From positions 193,909 to 257,908 of IMG/VR virus record IMGVR_UViG_2061766007_000342: a stretch of 64,000 bases of DNA, one strand, 5' to 3'. The notes beneath the pieces were generated by a model that saw nothing but the letters and a program-made list of their open reading frames with translations, searched no databases and was not told the DNA's origin. The stretch's first letter is position 1. Each line of letters opens with the position of its first letter. A program made the translations under genes and the position numbers. This document shows, piece by piece, positions 1 through 9,544 of the stretch. The DNA is from a virus. Taxonomy: Duplodnaviria > Caudoviricetes.

Positions 1-1
1 T

Positions 2-922
2 ATGAATGTACTTCCGTACACTGTACCGAATGTAGAGGATGTTATCTATGCTTCCTCCATCTTCACTGAGGATGAGAAGGAATCTGTTCTGTATGACAAG
101 AGTGTTATTGCAAACATCAAGTCTTATGAGGATATTGATGTTAAGCAGGCGATGTATGACCTGATGATCGAGCGTGTATACCAGCGTATTCCTGAGGCTA
201 ACAGACCTGTTGGTCCCGGTTCTGGTTTGTCACTCCATCTCGACTCCGGTGTAACTGATGCCGAGACTGCAATCTCCATCAACAACTCCTTCAAGCAGCG
301 TTTTGATAACCCGAACGCATCTTGGGATATCGGTGGTTATGTGAGTGCGGATAATGGCGTATCTTATACATATCTGATGCAGATTGTTAAGAACTGCTTT
401 ACGCATTATCGTAACTACTCCGTCAACAAGCCGTTCGTCGGTGATTACTCCGCAATTGACAAGAGTGCTTATCTCAGCTTCTTCCCAGATCTGGATGCAA
501 CCGATTGGGAGATGAGAGAGCTGTACTACAATAGCGGTGGTAATGCTTGGATCCAGGATGCTCGTGGTAGCATCACTCGTCGTTCTCAAAGATCTCTGTA
601 TCGTGAAGAGACTGGTACGAGCGATCTCTATCAGGAATCCAATATGAGAACCCTGTCCCAGTTCTGCTACCTCATTCAGGAGGAGATTGATCACTATCTG
701 TTGGAGTACAACGATGATGGTGTTATCAAGACCATGCAGGAAGCAGTAAACAACAAGTTTGCTGGTTGGGCTGGTAATCTCGTACAGTCTTACGACATTA
801 ACTTCGCACGTGATTACAACACTGACGGTAGTGACATTCTCATTTGTAATGTTAATGTTACATTCCGTGGACTCATTCTCCGTGTTCCGATCATTGTGAA
901 TGTCAACAGACGTACCAATTGA
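2..922 (+). CDS. Tail sheath protein, C-terminal part (5'-truncated by the window edge)
   Basis: C-terminus resembles contractile sheath domain I (ESNMRTL...LLEYND...ICNVNVTFRGLILRVPIIVNV). Lies directly upstream of a tube-like gene, with codon usage typical of highly expressed genes. Confidence 0.75.
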   Translation: MNVLPYTVPNVEDVIYASSIFTEDEKESVLYDKSVIANIKSYEDIDVKQAMYDLMIERVYQRIPEANRPVGPGSGLSLHLDSGVTDAETAISINNSFKQRFDNPNASWDIGGYVSADNGVSYTYLMQIVKNCFTHYRNYSVNKPFVGDYSAIDKSAYLSFFPDLDATDWEMRELYYNSGGNAWIQDARGSITRRSQRSLYREETGTSDLYQESNMRTLSQFCYLIQEEIDHYLLEYNDDGVIKTMQEAVNNKFAGWAGNLVQSYDINFARDYNTDGSDILICNVNVTFRGLILRVPIIVNVNRRTN

Positions 923-946
923 TTCTATAGAAAGGAGATATAAGTT

Positions 947-2077
947 ATGGCTATTAGCTTGCAATCTGGTATCCGTGAATATAACGGCGACCTTTCACAA
1001 TATACAGGCATGCTCGGTGGCTTAACTCCGGACGTTCACACGCTCCGGAGTTTAAACCCCGAAACGACCAACCGTGTCATCTGTGTTATGTATCGTGGTC
1101 CGTACTTCCTGATGCACTACTTTGGTGGTGATGGTGCCAATGCATATGATCATCGTAGTCCGTTCATGACCTACAAAAAGGTCATTGAATACTACAATAT
1201 GGGTATTCGTCCGAATATCCAGGATCAGCAGCTTGGTTCCACACAGCTTCAGGGTGGCTTTGCTGGTAGAACGATTCCGATTCCTACTACACAGAATGCT
1301 TCCCAGGGTCAGACACTGACGATCCGTGTTCCGGAACTCGTTGGTCGTCCTATGGCGAATGTTCATAATATGTGGGTTGATGGTATTGCTGATGCAGTTA
1401 CTGGTTTGACCACATATCATGGCCTGGTCGCTGGTAGTATTGGCGAGGACAATACTCCTCAACGAGTATTCACCAATACAACTGGTTCAGGTTCCACTGA
1501 GGCATTGGAGCCTTCACCTGCATGGGAAGTTGCAGAATTCCTGATCATTGCACTGGATCGTTCTGGTGCACGTGTTGAAGGTGCTCTGATGGCACTGGGT
1601 TGTGTTCCTTCTGGTAAGGTTGGTAATGATACATTGTTCCAGCATGAGAACAATGGTCAGTCTCAGGTTCAACAGCTTGAACTGACTTACAACTGCCAGT
1701 TCATTCAGTCCGCATATGTAAATGACTTGGCGTCTCGTTACGTTCGTCAGTTTGCTGTATTCGGTAACTCTCTGAACTACAATCCTGGTGCTGGTGATGC
1801 ATTCTTCACGGATGTTACCAAGTCTACCGAGATCGATACCCCGATGTTCAACAATGGTGTTCGTCCGACGCTGGATGCTGTTCAGAGTGGTGTTGGCAAT
1901 GCTCCGGTATTCAAGGCCAAGGGAGATTATGTCTCTCGTCCTGGTGCCAAGGAGCATATTGTTACCCCAGCGGATCATTCTCGTATCTACGGAAACAACC
2001 AAGCAAGTGGCGAGTTGGATGCAACTCCCACGAGTATTGCAAATCCGTACGATATCGGCAATGCTGCTCCCGGTTGA
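947..2077 (+). CDS. Tail tube protein (putative)
   Basis: Follows the sheath gene with RBS AAAGGAG. Tube-like pattern (LTIRVPELVG...HNMWVDGIAD...LELTYNC). Confidence 0.65.
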   Translation: MAISLQSGIREYNGDLSQYTGMLGGLTPDVHTLRSLNPETTNRVICVMYRGPYFLMHYFGGDGANAYDHRSPFMTYKKVIEYYNMGIRPNIQDQQLGSTQLQGGFAGRTIPIPTTQNASQGQTLTIRVPELVGRPMANVHNMWVDGIADAVTGLTTYHGLVAGSIGEDNTPQRVFTNTTGSGSTEALEPSPAWEVAEFLIIALDRSGARVEGALMALGCVPSGKVGNDTLFQHENNGQSQVQQLELTYNCQFIQSAYVNDLASRYVRQFAVFGNSLNYNPGAGDAFFTDVTKSTEIDTPMFNNGVRPTLDAVQSGVGNAPVFKAKGDYVSRPGAKEHIVTPADHSRIYGNNQASGELDATPTSIANPYDIGNAAPG

Positions 2078-2092
2078 TAAAAAAATACACTG

Positions 2093-2126
2093 GATTGGTG
2101 GGGCGTCCAAGCCCCACCAATCTTTT
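2093..2126. terminator. Bidirectional intrinsic terminator
   Basis: GATTGGTGGGGC-gtccaa-GCCCCACCAATC followed by TTTT, between convergent genes. Confidence 0.75.
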
Positions 2127-2130
2127 GTAA

Positions 2131-2526
2131 TTATGTCAATATGAATAATTCGATGATATCGAATCTCTCATAATACATTCGCAATGAAACATAACGTACA
2201 TCACGGAATGTGAATATGGATAATCCAATTTGATTTAACTTCTTATCCGATTTTGTTACCATCTTTTTGGAGATGATAATACCATCATTCAACGGTGTTG
2301 GTTCTTTTGCTTTTCCGATGATGGTTCGATCATAATAACAGTATTCTGCATTGATTGCAGCTTGTATTAGATCGTCATCATGAATCGTATCCAATTCATC
2401 TAAATCAAATGATTCAGCCTGTAATTCTTTATACAAAGCATCGTCATGAATGATAAACCGATATTTGTAATTCTTCGGTTTATGCGTGTTGATTAATTTG
2501 GTTGCGGACATTAACTCTTTACCCAC
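2131..2526 (-). CDS. Hypothetical protein
   Basis: 131-aa ORF coupled to the upstream minus-strand gene, with RBS AGGAG. Confidence 0.6.
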   Translation of the reverse strand: MGKELMSATKLINTHKPKNYKYRFIIHDDALYKELQAESFDLDELDTIHDDDLIQAAINAEYCYYDRTIIGKAKEPTPLNDGIIISKKMVTKSDKKLNQIGLSIFTFRDVRYVSLRMYYERFDIIELFILT

Positions 2527-3176
2527 GTGGAATCTCTCCTATCTGAAAATGTAATCACATGTTTCACAAAATACCGAACATATGCTTCTAATGTAATCGG
2601 TAAACGCCGTGATGGATTAATCTTGAACATGAATCGATTATAAAGATCATCTAATGATGATAAATCATAATCAGAATTTTCATATTCTTGTTCAAACTGT
2701 TCTAAGTCTTTTTTGACAGTGAAGTATGATGTATCACATGCAGGACATCCATCTAAGATATCATAATCAAACGCAAATATCATCGGTATATCATCAATGA
2801 GTTTATTGACAATATTAATGAATGGGATATCACGTCTGAATATCATCTCGCCAAATATTAAGTAATCTGATAATCCTTCAACAACAGTTTCGGTTGCCGC
2901 TGTTACATATTCAGATGTCGTAACGATATGATGGATCTGTTTTGTTGTATTGGAAAACATCTGATACTCTTGAAGTGTATGATATTCTAAATCATCACCA
3001 TCATAATCGTTCGGTAATGTCTCAATCGTAACAGCTGACATATCGAATTTATGTTGTAACATAAACTTGTATATCATCTGATCATCAATTGAATATACGC
3101 GATGACATAACAAGTTATCATCATTTGGCGTTGCTTTATTCTGTTTAGAATACGGAGAAAAACGAATTCTATACAT
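2511..3176 (-). CDS. Hypothetical protein
   Basis: Start reassigned to ATG 3176 (MYRIRF) behind RBS GAAAGGTG. Confidence 0.6.
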   Translation of the reverse strand: MYRIRFSPYSKQNKATPNDDNLLCHRVYSIDDQMIYKFMLQHKFDMSAVTIETLPNDYDGDDLEYHTLQEYQMFSNTTKQIHHIVTTSEYVTAATETVVEGLSDYLIFGEMIFRRDIPFINIVNKLIDDIPMIFAFDYDILDGCPACDTSYFTVKKDLEQFEQEYENSDYDLSSLDDLYNRFMFKINPSRRLPITLEAYVRYFVKHVITFSDRRDSTWVKS

Positions 3177-3885
3177 TATGTTCACCTTTCCATTGTCTGG
3201 TTTCTTCAATTACAACATTCGCCAAGAATGCTAACAATTGCAAATTGTATGCTTTATAATCGGCACCAACTCTACCAAATGGAACATAATACTGTTGTGG
3301 TAGTTTATCTTGCAGATATTGCATTTGGAATTTGGATAAGTAATTGAAGATATCTTCATCATAGTCTTCGATCATACGGAATACTTTCTTGATATGGAGA
3401 TTAATCCCCATGGTTTGTTCCATCAACATGGTTTGATTAATGTTTTGATACTTGATGTAATCATTCATATAATACATATTGATGTTTTTAAACCTCATGA
3501 ATGAAGTCCATTCACCTTTCTTACGGAAGTTAACACCTTCGATATCAGTGATAACTTTGTTACGAGTTCTCATGAAGACTGCATCAGAATGCAATGCAAT
3601 GATATCATCCGTCGATAAATTATTTTGTATAATAAATTTTTGGCGGATATCCCTAATACCTGATAATAGGCTTTGAGAGAAGTCTTTATCTTCTCTTTGT
3701 ATTAAGCCAATCTTCACGACACGGTCTTCTTTTTTCATGAGATTCAATTGTGTGATCAAGTCATTATCCAACAATTGAAATCTCTTGGCGATGGATAATG
3801 ACGCTGCTTCCATATCATATTCACATATGTGTTCATGAAACATGTATTGAATGTCGTTATTTTCCCAAACTTGCTTATCATGCAT
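3169..3885 (-). CDS. Small family-B DNA polymerase palm-like protein (putative)
   Basis: EYDMEAASLS resembles PolB motif A and IIALHSDAVF resembles motif C. Only 238 aa. Confidence 0.45.
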   Translation of the reverse strand: MHDKQVWENNDIQYMFHEHICEYDMEAASLSIAKRFQLLDNDLITQLNLMKKEDRVVKIGLIQREDKDFSQSLLSGIRDIRQKFIIQNNLSTDDIIALHSDAVFMRTRNKVITDIEGVNFRKKGEWTSFMRFKNINMYYMNDYIKYQNINQTMLMEQTMGINLHIKKVFRMIEDYDEDIFNYLSKFQMQYLQDKLPQQYYVPFGRVGADYKAYNLQLLAFLANVVIEETRQWKGEHNV

Positions 3886-3975
3886 GATGCATGACCCCCT
3901 TTCGTGTAATTGATATCTTATAAAAGATATAAGTATCGATTAAAAATAAATACACTATCTAAGGAGTTGAAAACT

Positions 3976-5853
3976 GTGAACGAAAACAACAATGAGTTTC
4001 ATGACGAACTTGATGACGTGATTGCTCGTGCAACCAAGAAGTTCGGACTGAACAATGATGAACCCATTGATGATGTTGCAACTCCGGTTGTTCCGGAGAC
4101 ACCCATTGTCAATGAAGAAGTGCCAGCAACTCCAACGGTGAATTATGTTGATAATGATCTGTTGGATATGGATCTGGATGATGATATGGATGATGATATT
4201 CATATTGATGATCCCGATGATGATCCATATGGTGTAAGAGATTTTGACCGTGAAATGGAAGAAGAAGATCGTCAACGTGAGCTGATTCGTCAGCAGCAGT
4301 TACAAGAGGCAAAGAACCGTCAAGAAGAAATGAATGATGGTATGCGTGCATTACCCCCACAGTCTCTTGACAAGAATTTCCAGAAGGAAGCTATTGATTT
4401 CCAGACTGACAATCTCAGTATTGTCACTGGTATGGTGGAACGTGTCAAAGCAAAGTATCATCTCAAGGGTGGTATCAAGAATGACCGTCTGAGAATGGTT
4501 ATGGGAGATCTGTTGGAAGAATACTACAACAACGGTGAAGAGATCACTCCTCGGTTTGAAAAGATCATTATGGATAACTGGACACATGTTGGAGATAATG
4601 GTGAAGAGTATTCCAATACCGATGTACCACCGACCCAGAATGCTGTTGTTAACAATACAACAGCAGAACGACTTGAAGATGTTCAACCCGTTGAAGTCAA
4701 TATTGATGTTACACCCGATCAGCCAGTAACTGTCAACATTGATGATGAGATTGTTAATGCAATCAACAAGAAGCGTGTTGTCAATATCAATGTTCGTGAG
4801 TTAACCTCGAAGGATATGGATAAGGTAACTGTCATTGAGAACTCTCCTCGTGAAGGTATCATTCGTTCCTTTGATACTGGATTGGGTTATACACCTCTGA
4901 CACTTCCGTTATCTGCATATCGTTGTATGATCAAGCCAATGAACTTCTTCGATATGATTTCTATGAATGCTCCTGACAATAACTCTCCGGTGGATTATCA
5001 TCTGAAGCGTTGGAGAACCATTTATGATCATCTGAAGAATCCGTCGATTGGAGAATTCAAAGACTTTGAGGACTTCTTGAAGAATACCAAGTACAATGAT
5101 ATGACACTGCTGGAGTGGGGTCTGTTGACAGCAACCTCTGATGATGAAGAGACACTGACGCTTGAGTGTGGAAATCCCAAGTGTAAGCAAGAGTTCATTC
5201 ATCGTTACACACCACGTACGTTGATACATCCGAAGCCGGACAAGCTTCCTCCGGAATATGATGAGATCTCTAAGACTGGTGGTGAACGTGCAATTCAACT
5301 GCATGATCAGATTGCTAGTAAACGTACACGTTATCGTTTACCAAATTCCAAGGTTGTTATTGAAATCTGGGAGCCTTCTGCATATGAATATCTGACAATC
5401 AAGCTTCCGTTGATTATGTCTCGTTATCAGGAGAGATTCCCGAATGATCCCAACATGGAAATGATGCAGGATGAGAATCGTCGTAATTCTGATCCGAGAA
5501 TGATGGAGTTTTCCATTATGATGTCAATGATGATGCGTATTCCTGCAATCATTGTTCCACCTCCGGATGAAGATGACTTCAATACACCACATGAGTATCG
5601 TTTCACAAATTGGGATGATATTGAAGAACAGCTGGGGATGCTTCCGATGGAAGATACACTTGCAATCTTCAAACTCATTTCCGAACAAGACGACTCTGCT
5701 CCGATTGACTTCTATGTATCTGATATCCAGTGTCCTCATTGTGGTCGTAAGGAGCCTCGCGGATTACCTGTAACGAACCTTGTACAGAACTTGATTTTCC
5801 GCGTATCTCGAAGACTTCAGAATACAGAGATAAACTTGACGAGGCTGGATTAA
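3976..5853 (+). CDS. Baseplate hub / tail assembly chaperone-like protein (T4 gp26-like C-terminal domain, acidic disordered N-terminus)
   Basis: GTG start behind AAGGAG. Two Cys pairs (CGNPKC, CPHCG) with the spacing typical of gp26-type proteins; N-terminus is Asp-rich. Confidence 0.55.
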   Translation: MNENNNEFHDELDDVIARATKKFGLNNDEPIDDVATPVVPETPIVNEEVPATPTVNYVDNDLLDMDLDDDMDDDIHIDDPDDDPYGVRDFDREMEEEDRQRELIRQQQLQEAKNRQEEMNDGMRALPPQSLDKNFQKEAIDFQTDNLSIVTGMVERVKAKYHLKGGIKNDRLRMVMGDLLEEYYNNGEEITPRFEKIIMDNWTHVGDNGEEYSNTDVPPTQNAVVNNTTAERLEDVQPVEVNIDVTPDQPVTVNIDDEIVNAINKKRVVNINVRELTSKDMDKVTVIENSPREGIIRSFDTGLGYTPLTLPLSAYRCMIKPMNFFDMISMNAPDNNSPVDYHLKRWRTIYDHLKNPSIGEFKDFEDFLKNTKYNDMTLLEWGLLTATSDDEETLTLECGNPKCKQEFIHRYTPRTLIHPKPDKLPPEYDEISKTGGERAIQLHDQIASKRTRYRLPNSKVVIEIWEPSAYEYLTIKLPLIMSRYQERFPNDPNMEMMQDENRRNSDPRMMEFSIMMSMMMRIPAIIVPPPDEDDFNTPHEYRFTNWDDIEEQLGMLPMEDTLAIFKLISEQDDSAPIDFYVSDIQCPHCGRKEPRGLPVTNLVQNLIFRVSRRLQNTEINLTRLD

Positions 5854-5855
5854 CC

Positions 5856-6068
5856 TTGTTAGAAGACGCAGAACTATTCAAGAATTTAATCCCATTGGAT
5901 ATTCTTGAATCATTACCGCTTCCTTTACTGCGCCGTCTTCGAGAACTACAACGGAAGCGTCGTGCATATCGTGCGCAACAACAAAGTGTTTCCGGTGGTA
6001 ATCATACCACCGGAAATATTAACATTAACACATCAGCATTAAGCGAATTACTCATGGATGAAATGTAA
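5856..6068 (+). CDS. Small tail-assembly 'T'-like segment, possibly translated by -1 frameshift from the upstream gene
   Basis: The -1 frame is open from 5751. TTG start has only a weak RBS. IPLDILESLPLPLLRRL pattern. Confidence 0.45.
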   Translation: MLEDAELFKNLIPLDILESLPLPLLRRLRELQRKRRAYRAQQQSVSGGNHTTGNININTSALSELLMDEM

Positions 6069-6098
6069 CATTTTATACCAAAAGGAGAGTGATTCGCA

Positions 6099-6251
6099 AT
6101 GGAATCAAATAATACAAATTACAAATTGAATGATGTCGTGAATTGGTATTTTTCTAATTATGGGATACCATATACAGTTGAACATTATATCGAAATCCGA
6201 CAAGCATATTATGAACAACATCCCGTTGGGACAACATCATCAACGTCGTAA
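6099..6251 (+). CDS. Small hypothetical protein (50 aa, MESNNTNYKL...), not in the ORF track
   Basis: RBS AAAGGAG at 6081-6087, ATG 6099, TAA 6249-6251. Confidence 0.55.
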   Translation: MESNNTNYKLNDVVNWYFSNYGIPYTVEHYIEIRQAYYEQHPVGTTSSTS

Positions 6252-6270
6252 TGATTGGAGTGATAGCATA

Positions 6271-7104
6271 ATGATTACAATTCCAAATTCCAAGTTACAT
6301 GAATTCAAGAACATGTTCGAGAAATATCGTTTGTATGTGAATTCAATGAACATTTACATGAATGCTATTCGCATGATTAATGGTCATCATCGTTATTTAA
6401 ATAAAGAAGACTTTGAGAAGTATTACTTAAACTTTACTGCTGATATTGAATTGGTATCATCACCGATTGAATCGTTCATTCCCGACTATGGGGAGTTTGA
6501 ACAGAACGAAACCAAAAAGAGAATTTTCGTTGTCAATCGTGATGTGCCCGAATATGAACGGTTGAACAAACGTATGAACATAGAAGATTTGTTCAATACA
6601 CTTCCTGTGACACATGATGTTGTTACGTTATTAAAAGATAAACCGGAGAAGTTTGTTGATATCGTTGATGATGTCTTTATCTACTGGAACGTCAACAAAT
6701 ATCTGGATATGATCAATCTATTGCGACTGAAGTCGATCTCTGCAATGACTGGTTGTATCGAATACGTTGTACAGAACATCACACTGAATCAGTGGAAAGA
6801 TTTCTTAAGTGGTACAAAGAAGATCAATGAAGAGAAATGTGACAAGTACCAGACGGACAATCTATTTGAACCGGATTATCTGTCAACGATTGATTATTAT
6901 AAACAAATTCACATGGAGTTTGACGCATTTGATGTAGAAGAACTAATCGATCGACTGTGTACCAATATTATTATGAAAACAGATATCTATATGATTATCG
7001 CGGTATATCTGATACTGTCGTTCTCACGTGTGGATATTGATAACAATGCATTTGATGATTCTCCATGTGCAACGTATGTACGAGATGTACTGAGTAAACT
7101 ATAA
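6271..7104 (+). CDS. Hypothetical protein
   Basis: Start reassigned to ATG 6271 behind GGAGTG. Confidence 0.6.
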   Translation: MITIPNSKLHEFKNMFEKYRLYVNSMNIYMNAIRMINGHHRYLNKEDFEKYYLNFTADIELVSSPIESFIPDYGEFEQNETKKRIFVVNRDVPEYERLNKRMNIEDLFNTLPVTHDVVTLLKDKPEKFVDIVDDVFIYWNVNKYLDMINLLRLKSISAMTGCIEYVVQNITLNQWKDFLSGTKKINEEKCDKYQTDNLFEPDYLSTIDYYKQIHMEFDAFDVEELIDRLCTNIIMKTDIYMIIAVYLILSFSRVDIDNNAFDDSPCATYVRDVLSKL

Positions 7105-7137
7105 TCATTTTAATTGCAGAAGGAGTGTGTATGAGAA

Positions 7138-9429
7138 ATGGGTAAATTGAAAGCAAAGGTTGATACAAACGCCAATGTACAACCGGACGAACCAATCAGA
7201 AAGCATCGTAAGAAGTACGTCATGAATTCAATCGATGACATCAACGATCGTTGTTCACATGCGAGTACGTTGTCATTGGTTGGTGCTTCCGCGATGACGT
7301 TTCCGGATAAGATATCAACGGTTCGTTCCAACATGGCTGTTAAGCATACATCTCAGTATGTTGTATTAACCAATCCCGAGTTTCCAAAGGTGTACACCGG
7401 TGCAGAGAATGTGTTTGGTGAACGTTCTTCATGGAATATGAAGAATGAACATGCTTGCAGACTTGTGAAAAAGTTTGTCAAGTTTAAGAATGCACCCATC
7501 TCACCGGTTGTATACGTCTTCTTGGACTTGGAAACCAACAAGTACATTTGCAAACTGGTAAACTGTGCAGAGAACTTGATCGAGAAGTATGGTTTTAGAA
7601 TGTATGATCGTATCAAGAACAAATACGAAGAAGGTGATGTTGTACCGGCATCACAGCCCGTTGCACAGTCTTCCTCATATGTGAATGGCAATTACTGTTC
7701 TGGAAGAAATATCAGAATGGCGTACACTGTACTTCCGGAATTAACTGAGGATGCAGTTATCATTTCCGAATCTGCTGCAAAGGAATTGGAATATGACATG
7801 GTTGATATCGTCACTGTAAAGCTGAAGAGTGATGCTTATTTGTTAAATAAGTATGGTGATGATAATGTGTACAAACCATTTCCACGTATTGGTGAATTCA
7901 TACACAATGATGTATTGTGTTCCATACGTGAGAATTCATTCATGTCATCTGTATCTGAAGCACGTCGTAGTCATATCAATGACAAGAACTATTACTCACG
8001 TGGGCAGATTGTTGATATCGATGTATTTACCAATGTTGATTTGGAGAATGAAGAAGTCAATGAATACTTGAAAGAGATTACGGAATGGCATCAAGAAATT
8101 TACACATTCTTGTCAACAATTGTTGCCGATCCGTATCAAGATGATACATCATTGATTGATGTATATCATCGCGCGGAAAAGTATCTGTCTAATTCCACAT
8201 GGGTTACAAAGGAATACATTGTTGATACCATTATCCAATTCAAGGTATTAAAGCATGTTCCGATTCATATCGGTCAGAAGATCGTTGGTCGTTATGGTAA
8301 CAAATCTGTTGTAACTGCAATCATACCTGATCGTTTGATGCCTCACACAGATGATGGTCGTCCGATACAAATGCTGTGTAATGGTTTAGCAGTACCAAAC
8401 CGAATCATTGGATTCCCGACGTATGAAGCAACTATGACATTTATGGAAGAAAGACTTCATCAGCACTTCTTGCGTATGGAAGAGCGTGGTGAAAGTATGG
8501 ATTCCATTGTGGCACTGGCTGTGGAATTCTTGTCAACCTTTGAACCACATGAAGGTGGAGAACTTGCACGGTTGTATCGTGAACGTCCAGTTGATGTCTA
8601 TAAAGATATTATAAAGAATGGATTATACATTCAAATCATGCCATTGAATGATAAATGTGTTCGCGATGCTTTGGTGGAATGTTACCATAAATGGGGAAAT
8701 ACAATCTTCAAGAAGTACAAGCTTCGTACAAAGCTCCGTCATCGTTGGATTGAGATTCCTGGTGAGTATGCCATTGGTTTCCAGTACACATGGGTATTGA
8801 AACAAGAGCCATCGAAAGCAATGTCGGTTGTATCCACATGCAAAACAACGTGGTATGATCAACCGGTCAAGTCTCACTTGTACGGTAAGAATCTTCGTCA
8901 TTATTCTGACAATCCGATCAAGTTTGGTGAATATGATTCATATAACTTCTTAGCTGGTGTTGGTGTAAAGGACTTCTACAAGTTAACAACATACTTCCGT
9001 GGTTCTCAATATACACCCAATTCCATCTTGATGAGTCAGTTGGCAAATACACCAATTGACACAACAAAAGCAAATCAATTCCCACAACTTGATAATTTCA
9101 GAAATGTATTGAAATTCATTGGGTACAAACTCAGTCCCGAGATCTTTAATTACAACTCGGCAGGTGGATTCGACAGATTGTACGATGTCATGATGGGTAA
9201 TGTCAAAGTAAGGATTTCTATTCCAGACTTAAGACATGTATTAATTCTGAATTCGTATTATATGCAATATCAGAATTACATCAATGGCACAATCGATATG
9301 GACGACTTCTTTACTCAGATCGACGGGACAAATACTTTCGACAACTATCCTGATGGGTACTCTTTACATTGTAAGAAATTATTCCTATCTCTTCTGCCCG
9401 TGTTGCAGCAAATGAAGCAATATCGTTAA
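7138..9429 (+). CDS. Multisubunit phage RNA polymerase beta subunit, C-terminal half (probably non-virion RNAP)
   Basis: RSNMAVKHTSQ, EDAVIIS, GQKIVGRYGNKSVV (two conserved Lys), NRII, LKQEP and KFGEYD correspond to RpoB C-terminal motifs. Confidence 0.9.
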   Translation: MGKLKAKVDTNANVQPDEPIRKHRKKYVMNSIDDINDRCSHASTLSLVGASAMTFPDKISTVRSNMAVKHTSQYVVLTNPEFPKVYTGAENVFGERSSWNMKNEHACRLVKKFVKFKNAPISPVVYVFLDLETNKYICKLVNCAENLIEKYGFRMYDRIKNKYEEGDVVPASQPVAQSSSYVNGNYCSGRNIRMAYTVLPELTEDAVIISESAAKELEYDMVDIVTVKLKSDAYLLNKYGDDNVYKPFPRIGEFIHNDVLCSIRENSFMSSVSEARRSHINDKNYYSRGQIVDIDVFTNVDLENEEVNEYLKEITEWHQEIYTFLSTIVADPYQDDTSLIDVYHRAEKYLSNSTWVTKEYIVDTIIQFKVLKHVPIHIGQKIVGRYGNKSVVTAIIPDRLMPHTDDGRPIQMLCNGLAVPNRIIGFPTYEATMTFMEERLHQHFLRMEERGESMDSIVALAVEFLSTFEPHEGGELARLYRERPVDVYKDIIKNGLYIQIMPLNDKCVRDALVECYHKWGNTIFKKYKLRTKLRHRWIEIPGEYAIGFQYTWVLKQEPSKAMSVVSTCKTTWYDQPVKSHLYGKNLRHYSDNPIKFGEYDSYNFLAGVGVKDFYKLTTYFRGSQYTPNSILMSQLANTPIDTTKANQFPQLDNFRNVLKFIGYKLSPEIFNYNSAGGFDRLYDVMMGNVKVRISIPDLRHVLILNSYYMQYQNYINGTIDMDDFFTQIDGTNTFDNYPDGYSLHCKKLFLSLLPVLQQMKQYR

Positions 9430-9448
9430 TAAGGTATCACATACATTG

Positions 9449-9474
9449 AACTCCCGGGGACATCCCCGGGAGTT
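9449..9474. terminator. GC hairpin, putative terminator
   Basis: AACTCCCGGGGA-ca-TCCCCGGGAGTT downstream of the RNAP gene. Confidence 0.6.
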
Positions 9475-9544
9475 ACATATAACAAACTTCATTAATAAGT
9501 GACACATCTTAGTGTCATATTTTTTTATATGAGGGGGTGATGAT

